Of a stretch of 64,000 nucleotides of DNA, positions 1-9,671 are shown one piece after another. A program made the position numbers and the translations under genes. This DNA comes from Thermodesulfobacteriota bacterium. Its GTDB lineage: Bacteria > Desulfobacterota > Desulfarculia > JACQYL01. Under the pieces are notes generated by a model. It searched no databases. It was not told the DNA's origin and saw only the letters and a program-made list of their open reading frames with translations. The stretch is taken from positions 96,001 to 160,000 of the forward strand of contig CAXXLZ010000001.1 of NCBI GenBank assembly GCA_963675595.2. The letters are read 5' to 3'. The stretch's first letter is position 1, and each line of letters begins with the position of its first letter.

Positions 1-1502
1 AGAGCCGGGAGCGCGCCCTTGGTCGCCCGTACCGTGTGGTCCTCGCCGTCGATGGATACCCTGGGTTTGAGTTCGCGGATTCGGGTGCCGGCGTAGCGTC
101 CGGCCAACATGTTGAGAACCAGGTCGAATTGCCGGCGTGGCAGATTTCGATACGGGTAACTCGTTCTGATTCGTGCGTACAAGTCGTCCCGGTTCCATGT
201 CTCCGTACCCGTCATGGAGACGATTACCTGGGCGAGGACATCCAGCGGAGCTTCCACAGGGCGGAGTTCCTCAATGCTTTGAGACAGGATTTCCGGGGTC
301 AGCACGGCCGCCTCGAGAAAGTCGCGACTGTGGGAAGGGAACAGGATGCCGCGACTTACTTCTCCCACCCGGTGTCCGGCCCTGCCGATCCTTTGGATGG
401 CCGACGAGATGGAGGACGGGCATTGCACCAGAATCACTTCATCGATGTGGCCCACGTCAATGCCGAGTTCCAAGGAATGGGTGGCCACAATGGCTTTCAA
501 ACGGCCGTCCTTGAGCCTTTGTTCCACTTCCTCACGGATTTCGCGGGCCAGTGAACCGTGATGGGCATAGGCCACGGGCTGTTCTTCGTGGAGATTCACC
601 AGATAGGTGATCTTTTCGCAAAGCCTGCGGCTATTGACAAAAATCAGTGTTGAACGGTTCTTACTTATGATTCTTTTCAGATCGGCGGCAACGGCTGTCC
701 AGAGCGATTCTTCAACGGTCGTGTCCACGACTTCTTCCGTGGATCGTACCTGAATGGAGAAACGTTTATTCCGTTCCGAACGTACAATGGAGACTTCACG
801 CGGCACGCAGCGAGGCGGGTCGTCGTGATCGCCCTCCAACCGAAGTCCGCCTACAAACCGAGCCACGGTTTCCAGAGGACGAATCGTAGCGGACAGAGCG
901 ATCCTCTGGAACTCGCCCGATAGTGGGATCAGGCGATCCACGGCAGTGATGAGGTGGGTGCCGCGCTTGGTTCCCACCACGGCATGGATTTCGTCCAGGA
1001 TGACGGTGGTAAGCCGGGTCAGGATCGATCGGCCGCCCATGGAGCTCAGCAGGAGGTTCAAACTCTCCGGTGTGGTAATCAGGATTTCCGGCGGATGAAG
1101 CACCATCCTTCTGCGGTCGCCCGGAGGCGTGTCTCCACTCCGTGTCAGTACCCGGATCGGAGGAAAGGGGATGCCTTCCGCCTCGAATTCTCGGCTCAGT
1201 TCATTCAGTGGAGCGACCAGGTTTCGTTGGACGTCGTTATTCAGGGCCTTGAGAGGCGAGACGTAAAGGATGCGTGTGACGTCCCGCTCAAGATGAACGG
1301 TGAGCAGGTCATGGATCGCCCACAGAAAGGCGGTGAGGGTTTTCCCGCTTCCGGTGGGGGCTGTGAGCAGTACATGCTCGCCGGCCGCGATTTTCGGCCA
1401 TGACCGCTCTTGGATGTCCGTGGGAGCGGTGAAGTTACGAAGAAACCACCGTCGAAGGAGCGGGTGAAACAGGGAAAGGGAAGTGTTTTCTAGTCGCGCC
1501 AA
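1..1502 (-). CDS. lhr: Lhr-family DEAD/DEAH-box ATP-dependent helicase, 5' part (runs off left edge)
   Basis: Not in ORF track (no stop in window). Manual translation: FHPLLRRWF..PTDIQERSW..LLTAPTGSGKTLTAFL (Q motif, Walker A) and DEIHA near 981-995; probable TTG start at 1502. Confidence 0.85.
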   Translation of the reverse strand, partial: MARLENTSLSLFHPLLRRWFLRNFTAPTDIQERSWPKIAAGEHVLLTAPTGSGKTLTAFLWAIHDLLTVHLERDVTRILYVSPLKALNNDVQRNLVAPLNELSREFEAEGIPFPPIRVLTRSGDTPPGDRRRMVLHPPEILITTPESLNLLLSSMGGRSILTRLTTVILDEIHAVVGTKRGTHLITAVDRLIPLSGEFQRIALSATIRPLETVARFVGGLRLEGDHDDPPRCVPREVSIVRSERNKRFSIQVRSTEEVVDTTVEESLWTAVAADLKRIISKNRSTLIFVNSRRLCEKITYLVNLHEEQPVAYAHHGSLAREIREEVEQRLKDGRLKAIVATHSLELGIDVGHIDEVILVQCPSSISSAIQRIGRAGHRVGEVSRGILFPSHSRDFLEAAVLTPEILSQSIEELRPVEAPLDVLAQVIVSMTGTETWNRDDLYARIRTSYPYRNLPRRQFDLVLNMLAGRYAGTRIRELKPRVSIDGEDHTVRATKGALPA

Positions 1503-1536
1503 AAAGTTTCCCGAAAATGGAATGGCGGGAAAAAGC

Positions 1537-2415
1537 CTAAGTGACCGGCCCGGTGACCTGAAACAACAACGAACGCCATACCGGATCGTCGTCCCAAACA
1601 CGGATCACGCGCACCGGAGCCGCCTGGACCCGATGGAGTACCTCTCTGGCTTCGGAACGAAGCAGGCCGCTAAGGAGAATCCAACGCCTCCGGAAGAATT
1701 CCGGATGCTTCAGCAGCGTTTCCTGGGCCGCGAAGTGTAGGTTGGCCACCAACAGGTCCGACGCCGTGGACACCGCTTCTTCCGCCGGGCCGCAGACGAC
1801 GTCCACCTGTTCGGACATTTCATTGAGTTCCACGTTTCTTCGGGCCGTTTCCACACACAGGGGGTTGAGGTCCACGGCCGTGATGCGGCATCGGGTCGTC
1901 CCGGATTCACAGGACAACCGGGCGGCCGCCAAGGCGAGGATTCCCGTGCCGGTGCCCAGGTCGAGAACTCTCAGGGGCGGATCTTTTTGCCATACCCACT
2001 CCAGTGCTGAAAGACAGTCCCGAGTGGTGGGATGCAGGCCGGTGCCGAACACCAAACCCGGATCCAATCTGATGAGAAACCGGTCAGCGGGTGTTTGCTC
2101 CTGAATCCAGTACGGGAGAATCCGGAAGGAACCGGCGTCCAGCGGTTCCAGCGCCTCCCTGCCCTGCCATTCCGCATAAGTCATCAAGTAGGAATCCGAG
2201 AGACGGAGGTCTTGGGACCGGGAAACCAATTCCCGGATCTTTTCCGGGGCGGGTTCGGAGAAGAACAGGATGGAGCTGTCCCCCTCGACCCAGCATCCGA
2301 GAAACCCGCCGTCTTCGGGCAGGCTTTCACGGGGGGGGATCCCTTCAAGATAGTAAATGTGAAGCTCGTCGTACGGTGCCGGCGGGATGATTCCGCCGTT
2401 CTTGTTCTGTGTCAT
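1537..2415 (-). CDS. PrmA-like (ribosomal protein L11) SAM methyltransferase
   Basis: LDPGLVFGTGLHPTT, VLDLGTGTGILA, DLLVANL motifs; start uncertain (2415 or 2454). Confidence 0.8.
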   Translation of the reverse strand: MTQNKNGGIIPPAPYDELHIYYLEGIPPRESLPEDGGFLGCWVEGDSSILFFSEPAPEKIRELVSRSQDLRLSDSYLMTYAEWQGREALEPLDAGSFRILPYWIQEQTPADRFLIRLDPGLVFGTGLHPTTRDCLSALEWVWQKDPPLRVLDLGTGTGILALAAARLSCESGTTRCRITAVDLNPLCVETARRNVELNEMSEQVDVVCGPAEEAVSTASDLLVANLHFAAQETLLKHPEFFRRRWILLSGLLRSEAREVLHRVQAAPVRVIRVWDDDPVWRSLLFQVTGPVT

Positions 2416-2465
2416 CGGGATGCCTATAATGGTCGGAACTTCTCTGGAACTCAACGGAGTACTTC

Positions 2466-3041
2466 GTGAATTCGACCGGTTCTTCCTCTCGGCGTATGCT
2501 GATACTCGATCGTGACGGGGTCATCAATACAGCCCCGGAGGATTATGTCAAGTCTTGGGAGGAGTTCGAATTCCTGCCGGGTGTGCTGGAGGGCCTGGCG
2601 CTGCTTCACGGCAACGGATTTCGAGTGTTGGTGGCGACCAACCAAAGTTGCGTGGGGCGCGGGATCATCACACAAGAGGAATTGAACGTAATTCATCGGA
2701 ACATGATAAGTCGAGTCGAAGCGGCGGGAGGGCGCATCGAACGAATCTACCAATGCACCTGCAAACCGGATGACGGATGCGACTGCCGCAAGCCCAAACC
2801 GGGTATGCTCTTCGAGGCTGCGAAGGACTTTGATCTGGACCTGTCGCATTGTTTTTTCGCGGGAGACGCTTTGACGGACCTCAAGGCGGGGAAAACCGCG
2901 GGATGCCGGACCATCCTGGTGCTCACGGGTAAAGGGCTCAAAACGTTGGATCGCGTACGGCTCGGGGAAGAGCCGGCTCCGGATTTGGTGTTCTCCGACC
3001 TATCGGCAACGGCGGAGTGGCTGATCGGCAAGGCGGCCTAA
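2466..3041 (+). CDS. gmhB: D-glycero-D-manno-heptose 1,7-bisphosphate phosphatase (HAD)
   Basis: LDRDGVIN, TNQS, CDCRKPKPGM, GD motifs. Confidence 0.9.
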   Translation: MNSTGSSSRRMLILDRDGVINTAPEDYVKSWEEFEFLPGVLEGLALLHGNGFRVLVATNQSCVGRGIITQEELNVIHRNMISRVEAAGGRIERIYQCTCKPDDGCDCRKPKPGMLFEAAKDFDLDLSHCFFAGDALTDLKAGKTAGCRTILVLTGKGLKTLDRVRLGEEPAPDLVFSDLSATAEWLIGKAA

Positions 3042-3042
3042 A

Positions 3043-3184
3043 CGGCCGTTGAAAAATGCGATCCGCGCCGTTGCGCTTCATCTTTCGACTCTCCCGACGT
3101 ATTTCCAGGGACGACTACATCCCTCGGGATTTGCGCGCCTTGCAGGCCATCGTTTTTCACCGACGTACGGCATTTCAACGGACC
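3043..3184 (+). repeat. ~140-150 bp MITE-like repeat, copy 1 (diverged)
   Basis: GGCCGTTGAAAAA..CGTTGCGCTTCATC..CTCGGGATTTGCGCGCCTTGCA..TTTCAACGG; similar to 14389, 19368 and 42194(-). Confidence 0.75.
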
Positions 3185-3248
3185 GAGAAGACGCAGCCGG
3201 CCCCGCCCCAACCGAATGAAGACCTATGAACGGGGCGGGGCGGTCATT

Positions 3249-4400
3249 TCAGTTTTTCTTCGCGCTCACCTTCTGAAAAGACTCCACCAGCAGATCGGAC
3301 GCACGTTGGATCTGTTCCGGTGAGTTGAGGCGTCCCACGGTGAGACGGACGGCTCCTTTGCCCTGTTCCGGGGTAACACCCATGGCCGCGAGGACATGGC
3401 TCAGTTTGACCTGGTCCGAATGGCATGCCGCGCCGGTGGAGGCGTAAATTTCCGGAACGTCGGCGAGAACCTCTCCTCCCTGAACGTCGGGGAAGCCCAC
3501 GAAAAGCGTGTTGGGAAGACGATGCTCGGGATCGCCGAACAGGCGCAGACCGGGAACGCCCTCACTCAATTTCTTTTCCAGATCATCCCGAAGCTCTTTC
3601 ATGGTTGCGGGCCAGTGGGGCAGGTCTTTGTGCGCCGTTTCCGCGGCCGCGCCGATCGCGGCATCGAAAATGACGTTTTCGGTTCCCGCTCGGCGTCCCT
3701 TCTCTTGTGCGGCCCCATAAAGTAACCTGGGCATGTCGACTCCGTCACGCACGAAAAGGGCGCCGATTCCCTTGGGGGCGTAGAGCTTATGGCCGGCCAC
3801 GCTCAGAAAATCAATATTCAGTTCCCGGACGTCCACGGGAACCTTGCCGATGCTTTGGGCCGCATCCGTGTGAAAGAGCGTCTCTCGTTCGCGGCACAGG
3901 GCACCGATTTCCCGGATGGGCATGAGGACCCCGGTTTCGTTGTTGGCGTGCATGACGGTCACGAGAAATGTGGAAGGTCGGAGAGCACGGGCAACGTCCT
4001 GAGGGTCCACCCGACCTTTGCCGTCCACGGGCACGAAGGTCACGTCGAACCCGCGCGACATGAGTTCGAGACAGGGCTCCATGGTGGCGGGATGCTCCAC
4101 CGCGGTTGTGACGATGTGGTCTTTGACGCCCTGAAAGCGGGCCGCGAGGCCGAAGATCACCGTGTTGTTGGACTCGGTTCCCCCGGACGTAAAAAGGATT
4201 TCGGAGGGGTCCGCGCCCAGACAGGTCGCCAACCGTTCTCGGGCCTTGTCCACGGCATCACGAGCCCGGATTCCCAACGGAGTGGCGCTTGAGGGATTTC
4301 CGAAGTCATCGTGAAGAAACGGCTGCATGGCGAGGCGTACTTCATCGATCAAAGGCGTTGTACCGTTGTGGTCAAGATAGATCATGTACAGGTTCTCCAT
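3249..4400 (-). CDS. NifS/IscS-type PLP-dependent cysteine desulfurase family protein
   Basis: YLDHNGTT, FTSGGTESNN, HTDAAQ, SVAGHKLYAPKG (PLP Lys), ASTGAACHS (catalytic Cys). Confidence 0.9.
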   Translation of the reverse strand: MENLYMIYLDHNGTTPLIDEVRLAMQPFLHDDFGNPSSATPLGIRARDAVDKARERLATCLGADPSEILFTSGGTESNNTVIFGLAARFQGVKDHIVTTAVEHPATMEPCLELMSRGFDVTFVPVDGKGRVDPQDVARALRPSTFLVTVMHANNETGVLMPIREIGALCRERETLFHTDAAQSIGKVPVDVRELNIDFLSVAGHKLYAPKGIGALFVRDGVDMPRLLYGAAQEKGRRAGTENVIFDAAIGAAAETAHKDLPHWPATMKELRDDLEKKLSEGVPGLRLFGDPEHRLPNTLFVGFPDVQGGEVLADVPEIYASTGAACHSDQVKLSHVLAAMGVTPEQGKGAVRLTVGRLNSPEQIQRASDLLVESFQKVSAKKN

Positions 4401-4497
4401 GGCAGGGTCGGCTTGGTGGGAGAAAGCACGTAAAGGCCGTGCTCAGTGGACTTGGAAACGCGCCCTGTGAAAAGCCGCCGCCGGCTGGAAACGTAGT

Positions 4498-4944
4498 TTA
4501 CGACGATTCAACCGAGTCCGAAATGTTATCCAATCTGGGCACTGCCGGTTTGATATCCAGAATGGGCGTGCCGTCCAAGGCTTCCATGTAACGCACTTCG
4601 ATGCGACCGGGAGCGTAACTTAGAACCTCGACCACATGGTGACCGATGGGATTGGGCCTGTCGGGACTCCGAGTAGCGAATACGCCTCGTAAAGGATTGG
4701 CGGGGTCGCCCTTGGGATGAACCTGGAGCGTGTCACGGTCGGCAAGATGAAACCAGGTGAGCACAATCAGCTTCCGCTCGGTTTCGAGCCCCATCTCTCC
4801 GTGCCGATAGGGCTCGAACAGCTCCAGCACGGAGACGAGATCGGAGTCGCGACCCTGTTTGGGGGTTCCGTCCGGACTTTCCCACGGAGATCGAACCCGG
4901 CCGATAGGGTGGACCTCGAAGGTCTGTTCCTGGTATGTGCTCAT
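4498..4944 (-). CDS. tsaA: tRNA t6A37 N6-methyltransferase TrmO/TsaA
   Basis: GVFATRSPDRPNPIG and LDGTPILDIKP motifs. Confidence 0.85.
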   Translation of the reverse strand: MSTYQEQTFEVHPIGRVRSPWESPDGTPKQGRDSDLVSVLELFEPYRHGEMGLETERKLIVLTWFHLADRDTLQVHPKGDPANPLRGVFATRSPDRPNPIGHHVVEVLSYAPGRIEVRYMEALDGTPILDIKPAVPRLDNISDSVESS

Positions 4945-5035
4945 GTGAACACGTTCCCTTTTTTCTTGACTTCCCTGGGGTTTCAAATTAGTCATTTGTA
5001 AGAATCTTTATAAGTTACGGAAAGCGAGGTGCTTC

Positions 5036-5500
5036 ATGGTCTACAAAGACGTGCTGAAATCGATCGTCAGCGGCGTATATATCGTCACCGTGGAAGATCA
5101 TGGGAATCTGAACGGCATGACGGCCATCTGGGTGCATCAGGTATCCTATGAGCCTCAACTCGTGGGAGTTGCCGTTTCCCCGCTGAGGAGAACCCACGAC
5201 ATGATCCTTTCGAGCAAGAAGTTCACGGTTAACGTGCTTTCCGAGGGACAACAGGAGCAGGCTCGAAACTTCGGGTTCAAGACCGGCTACTCGACGGATA
5301 AGCTGGACGGCGTTTCTTTCACCAAGAGCGCCAACGGATGCCCCATTCTCCCCGATATCCACTCCTATTTCAACTGCAACCTGGTGAACAACTACAAGAT
5401 CGGTGACCACAGCCTGTTGATCGGAGAGGTGACCGGTGTTACCTTAGTAAACGAGGATGCGGGTCGTCTCGTGTTCGATCCCGATGATTATTTTGGTTAG
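5036..5500 (+). CDS. Flavin reductase-like protein
   Basis: GVYIVT..NGMTAIW..QVSYEP, GDHSLLIGEV. Confidence 0.85.
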   Translation: MVYKDVLKSIVSGVYIVTVEDHGNLNGMTAIWVHQVSYEPQLVGVAVSPLRRTHDMILSSKKFTVNVLSEGQQEQARNFGFKTGYSTDKLDGVSFTKSANGCPILPDIHSYFNCNLVNNYKIGDHSLLIGEVTGVTLVNEDAGRLVFDPDDYFG

Positions 5501-5513
5501 GAAGTGATGTTCC

Positions 5514-5972
5514 ATGCTGCGGGAAGAAGGCATAGTCATAAGCACCCATGAGTACAGGGCCATGGTGACCACGCGCAGGGGCGATGCCTGCAGCGCGTGC
5601 AGCGCCAAAGGGGCGTGTCACGCCATGGGAGGCGGCAAAGAGATGGAAGTCGAGGCATTGAATTCGGCTCATGCTTCCGTGGGTGATCGGGTGGAGCTTT
5701 CTTTGCCCGAATCCTCCGTTCTCACCGCCTCCGTGCTCGTGTATCTGGTTCCCGTGGTGGCGCTTATTGTCGGTGCCATGTTCGGGCAATCAATGGCGCC
5801 TGCCTGGGGCTTGAGTAAGGAAAGCGGGGCCGTGATACTCGGAGTCGCTTCATTCGCGTTGGCTTTCTACATTGTTCGCCTAGTGGGTGCGAAGCTCGGG
5901 GCGGGCGACAAGTATTATCCCACCATTACGAAGGTGCTCCCGGCGGAAGAACCTCCGAAATGCTCGGTCTAG
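5514..5972 (+). CDS. rseC: RseC/MucC family membrane protein
   Basis: EEGIV start, ACSACSAKGAC Cys cluster, VGDRVEL, two C-terminal TM helices. Confidence 0.8.
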   Translation: MLREEGIVISTHEYRAMVTTRRGDACSACSAKGACHAMGGGKEMEVEALNSAHASVGDRVELSLPESSVLTASVLVYLVPVVALIVGAMFGQSMAPAWGLSKESGAVILGVASFALAFYIVRLVGAKLGAGDKYYPTITKVLPAEEPPKCSV

Positions 5973-6046
5973 CGATCGAATGAAGCGAGGTCGGGTCAAG
6001 GACGTCCGCCGGTGCTCCGGCTCCAGGAGAACCCAAGGAGGATACC

Positions 6047-6517
6047 GTGGTTTGGCAGCGAATTCTGATTGTTTTTGATCATACATCCAATGCAATAAAG
6101 GCCGTTGAATACGTGGGGCGCATGTTCGGTAAGGTGAGCGGAGCCGCTGTGACCCTCGTAGGTTTGTTCGAGAGCATCCCGGAACACGATCTGGAAGGCG
6201 ACGCTCCCGGTATGGAGAAACTCCGTGCTTCCATCAGCGCCATGGAAATCGAGAACGAGGAAGAGAAAAAGGCGTTGATCGCCGCCATTGATTCCTTGGC
6301 GGGGCAGGGGGTCGCCTGCGATCGTATCGATGTTCTAAAGGGCGAATCGGGTCACGCAAACGCCGAGGAAATCCTGTCCATAGCTCAAAAGGGAGACTAC
6401 GGAACGATCGTTATGGGCCACCACGAGAGCGGCGCACTGGCCGCGTTCATTTCGGGAGATCCCGAAACACAGCTCTTGCACAAGTTGGCCGGCCGTACGT
6501 TATGTATTGTGGCTTGA
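6047..6517 (+). CDS. Universal stress protein
   Basis: RILIVFD..A..AVEY, AEEIL..A..GDYGTIVMG USP pattern. Confidence 0.8.
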   Translation: MVWQRILIVFDHTSNAIKAVEYVGRMFGKVSGAAVTLVGLFESIPEHDLEGDAPGMEKLRASISAMEIENEEEKKALIAAIDSLAGQGVACDRIDVLKGESGHANAEEILSIAQKGDYGTIVMGHHESGALAAFISGDPETQLLHKLAGRTLCIVA

Positions 6518-6938
6518 GCCGAACCGGGGGTTGGAACAAATACCGAGGATGATAGCCATGATCGCATAATGCCCTGAAGTTGCGGACTTGGATCACGGAA
6601 GGGGGAGAACGGCTTGACCGGTTCTTTCCCTCTTTTTTTGTTCTTCGAATCCCGGACGGCGAAGGGAGCCTTGAAGTGAAATGGGATCAGATTCCATGAG
6701 TACCGGTTGTGCCCGCATCGGACTCGTTTATGTCGCGGAATGCAGGTGTAGGGTTCCTGTGGGCCCGAAGAGAGGGACGCAACGGGCCGCGGAGCAAACG
6801 GGAGAGAAGGATTGGAGGATATCAGGGCGTCGAGGCGGTGGGATAGAACCCGGAAGGCGAGGGAAATAGAGCAAAAAAACCGGCCGGAGAGTCACTGGGG
6901 TCGTGATTCGTCTCCGGCCGATTGAAGATGTTCGGCGG

Positions 6939-7517
6939 TTACTTGACCAAGCCCGCGAAGCCGAGGAAGGACATGGAGAGCAGTCCGGCGGTGATGAGGC
7001 CCAAAGGAGTGCCTTCGAAAGGCTTGGGCACCTTCATCAAAGCGAATCTTTCTCGGATTCCCGCGAAGAGCACGAGCGCCAAGGCGAATCCAACGGCGGA
7101 AGCGAAGGAAAACACCAAGGTCTTCATGAAGTCGTATTTCTCGTTGATGTTGATGAGAGCGACACCGAGCACCGCGCAGTTGGTGGTGATGAGGGGAAGG
7201 AAGATACCCAATGCGCGATACAGGCCGGGAACGGACTTCTGGAGAAACATCTCGACGAACTGAACCAGGGCCGCAATAACCAGAATGAAGGCGATGGTCC
7301 TCAAGTAACCCAGGCCGAAGGGGTCCAGCAAATAGAACTGCACGACCCAGGTGATCACTCCGGCGAGAGTCGTGACGAAGATGACCGCCATGCCCATGCC
7401 CACGGCGGTATCCATGCTTTTGGAAACGCCGAGAAAGGGACAGTTGCCGAGATAGCGGGCAAGGAGAATGTTGTTTACGAAAATTGCGCTCACCAGGAGC
7501 AGGATGTATTCCGTCAT
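6939..7517 (-). CDS. rnfA: Rnf complex subunit A
   Basis: YLGNCPFLGVS, LGIFLPLITTNCAVLG. Confidence 0.92.
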   Translation of the reverse strand: MTEYILLLVSAIFVNNILLARYLGNCPFLGVSKSMDTAVGMGMAVIFVTTLAGVITWVVQFYLLDPFGLGYLRTIAFILVIAALVQFVEMFLQKSVPGLYRALGIFLPLITTNCAVLGVALININEKYDFMKTLVFSFASAVGFALALVLFAGIRERFALMKVPKPFEGTPLGLITAGLLSMSFLGFAGLVK

Positions 7518-7529
7518 GTCCTTAGGCTC

Positions 7530-8120
7530 CTATTTCTTGGTACCGATGATGTTCATGAAACCGAGGAGGAAACCGAGGCAAACAAAGGCTCCGGGGGCTT
7601 TCACCATGAAGGTGAAAGGCTCGAAAGAAGACCAGAGCACATGGGCTCCAAAGAGATTGCCGGCTCCCAGAAGCTCACGGATGGAGCCCAGTACGGTGAG
7701 GGAGGCGGTGAAGCCCAAGCCCATGCCCAAACCGTCGGCGACCGAATAGACCACGGAGTTCTTGGACGCGAAGGCCTCCGCGCGGCCGAGGACGATGCAG
7801 TTCACCACGATGAGAGGGATGAAGATACCGAGTATTTGGTACAAGGAGTAGAAGTAGGCCTGCATGGCCAGCTCGACGATAACCACGAAGGACGCGATGA
7901 TGACGATATAGGACGCGATGCGAACCTTGCTGGGGATGAATTTCCGCAGGAGGGACACCAGGATGTTTGAGCAGACCAGAACGAAGGTGGTGGCCAGCCC
8001 CATACCGATTCCATTCTTTGCGGCGGTGGTGACCGCCAATGTGGGACATAACCCCAGCACCAGACGGAAGGGAGGTATCTCCTTCCATAAACCTTTGGTG
8101 AATTCCGTGGCAAGACTCAT
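7530..8120 (-). CDS. rnfE: Rnf complex subunit E
   Basis: LGLCPTLAVTT, FIPLIVVNCIVLGRAEAFA, GSIRELLG. Confidence 0.92.
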   Translation of the reverse strand: MSLATEFTKGLWKEIPPFRLVLGLCPTLAVTTAAKNGIGMGLATTFVLVCSNILVSLLRKFIPSKVRIASYIVIIASFVVIVELAMQAYFYSLYQILGIFIPLIVVNCIVLGRAEAFASKNSVVYSVADGLGMGLGFTASLTVLGSIRELLGAGNLFGAHVLWSSFEPFTFMVKAPGAFVCLGFLLGFMNIIGTKK

Positions 8121-8701
8121 GACTTGGTCACCTCATCTTTGACTTTGGGGAAAAGCTCCATCGCGTCTCTCACGGCCTTAACCACCGCTGCGCTGGTTAT
8201 GGAGGCTCCGCTGATGGCATCCACTTTGCCTCCTTTGGAGGACAGTCCCACGGCCCCGAGGGAGAGACCTTTGAACTGAGCCGTGAACCAGGGCTCGGTG
8301 GAACGAGCGCCGAGACCCGGGGTTTCGGAATGGCTCATGATGGATACCGCGGCGAGGGAGCCGTCAATGTTCACGCCGACCATGACCGAAATCGGTCCGC
8401 CGTAGCCGATGGCCGACGAGTCGAAGGCGATGGTGGTCACTTTGCCGCCGGACTTGGCGGGGAAGAACTGCTTCTGGATGGGCTGTCCCTTGTCGTCCTT
8501 GCCCACGGTAAGAGTGACCCGGTCCATGACGGGATCATTATCGTATCCCGAAAGCACGGCCTTGATGGAGGGTTCCTTGACGAATTTCAGATAAGAATAC
8601 TCCCGGGGCTCCTCGGTGACCTGCTTAACGGTGGAAAGGGTCAGGCCGCTGGCCCCGCAGATGATTGTCAACACAATGACCATTCGGATGATGTCACGCA
8701 A
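8117..8701 (-). CDS. rnfG: Rnf complex subunit G
   Basis: GYGGPI, SETPGLG, DAISGASITS (FMNylation-type motif). Confidence 0.9.
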   Translation of the reverse strand: MRDIIRMVIVLTIICGASGLTLSTVKQVTEEPREYSYLKFVKEPSIKAVLSGYDNDPVMDRVTLTVGKDDKGQPIQKQFFPAKSGGKVTTIAFDSSAIGYGGPISVMVGVNIDGSLAAVSIMSHSETPGLGARSTEPWFTAQFKGLSLGAVGLSSKGGKVDAISGASITSAAVVKAVRDAMELFPKVKDEVTKS

Positions 8702-9671
8702 CTTTCTTAACCCTCCCGTATACCGCCGGACGGATTCGGTCCAGAAGCGGAGTAATTGCGTTGGTCAGAAGAACGGCGAAGAAGACGCCGTCAGGGTACC
8801 CGCCCCAATAGCGGATCAAGATGGTCAAAGCGCCCACCATCACTCCCGCGAGCAGCTTACCTTGCCTGGTTACGGGCGTGGTGCCTTTGTCCGTTACCAA
8901 AAAGAACGCCGAGAACACCAATCCGCCCGTCAGCAGATGGAACGATGGTCCGGCAAAGACTTCAGGATTGATGGAGTTGCATAGGAGGGTGAATACGGTG
9001 GCGCTCAGAATGGCGCCCACTGGGGCGTGCCAAGAGATGACTCCCTTGGCGATCAGATAAATGCCGCCGAGCAGCAGAGCCGCGATACAGACTTCGCCCA
9101 CCCCGCCGGCCTGATAGCCGATAAAAAGCTTCCACCAGGGGTAGGAAAGCAACTCGCTCAGGTCTCCCCTCACCACGGTCAACGGAATTTGTTCAATGAT
9201 CGGACTCTGAAGGAAAGAAGCGCCGCCGGCTTGAGGGGCATAGTAGAGCGCCATGTAGTTGGGGTAGGCCACGCTCATGACGATCCAGCCGACCGCGGCC
9301 GGATTGAAGGGATTGTTGCCGAGGCCTCCGTAGATCTGCTTTCCCAAAACGATGGCCACCACGGCGCCGAGGGCGACTCCCCACCAGGGAAGCCCCGGAG
9401 GAAACATCAGCGCCAGCAGAAGCCCGATGAGAGCCGCATGGCCGTCGCAGACGGAGATTCTTCTCTTCATGATGCGCTGCATGGCGGCTTCAGCCGCAAC
9501 GGCAACCAGGACGGCAACGACGAGGTTTTTTACCGCGCCCCAGCCGAAATAGTAAATTCCTACGACGGCGGCCGGGGCCAAAGCCAACATGGTTTGGCTC
9601 ATGAGCCGGGATACCGTCACCCCCCCGTGGACGTGAGGGGACATGGAAACATGTAGTCTTCGAGATGTCAT
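8694..9671 (-). CDS. rnfD: Rnf complex subunit D
   Basis: SPHVH, KQIYGGLGNNPFNPA, multiple TM helices; ATG at 9671 overlaps rnfC stop (ATGA). Confidence 0.9.
   Translation of the reverse strand: MTSRRLHVSMSPHVHGGVTVSRLMSQTMLALAPAAVVGIYYFGWGAVKNLVVAVLVAVAAEAAMQRIMKRRISVCDGHAALIGLLLALMFPPGLPWWGVALGAVVAIVLGKQIYGGLGNNPFNPAAVGWIVMSVAYPNYMALYYAPQAGGASFLQSPIIEQIPLTVVRGDLSELLSYPWWKLFIGYQAGGVGEVCIAALLLGGIYLIAKGVISWHAPVGAILSATVFTLLCNSINPEVFAGPSFHLLTGGLVFSAFFLVTDKGTTPVTRQGKLLAGVMVGALTILIRYWGGYPDGVFFAVLLTNAITPLLDRIRPAVYGRVKKVA

Noticed and set aside
3249-4400. Desulfurase as a selenocysteine lyase (AACHS motif, selA nearby)
   Set aside because: The motif is suggestive, but the residue after the active-site His is Pro (VEHP), not the Asp associated with Sec-specific lyases; specificity cannot be called.
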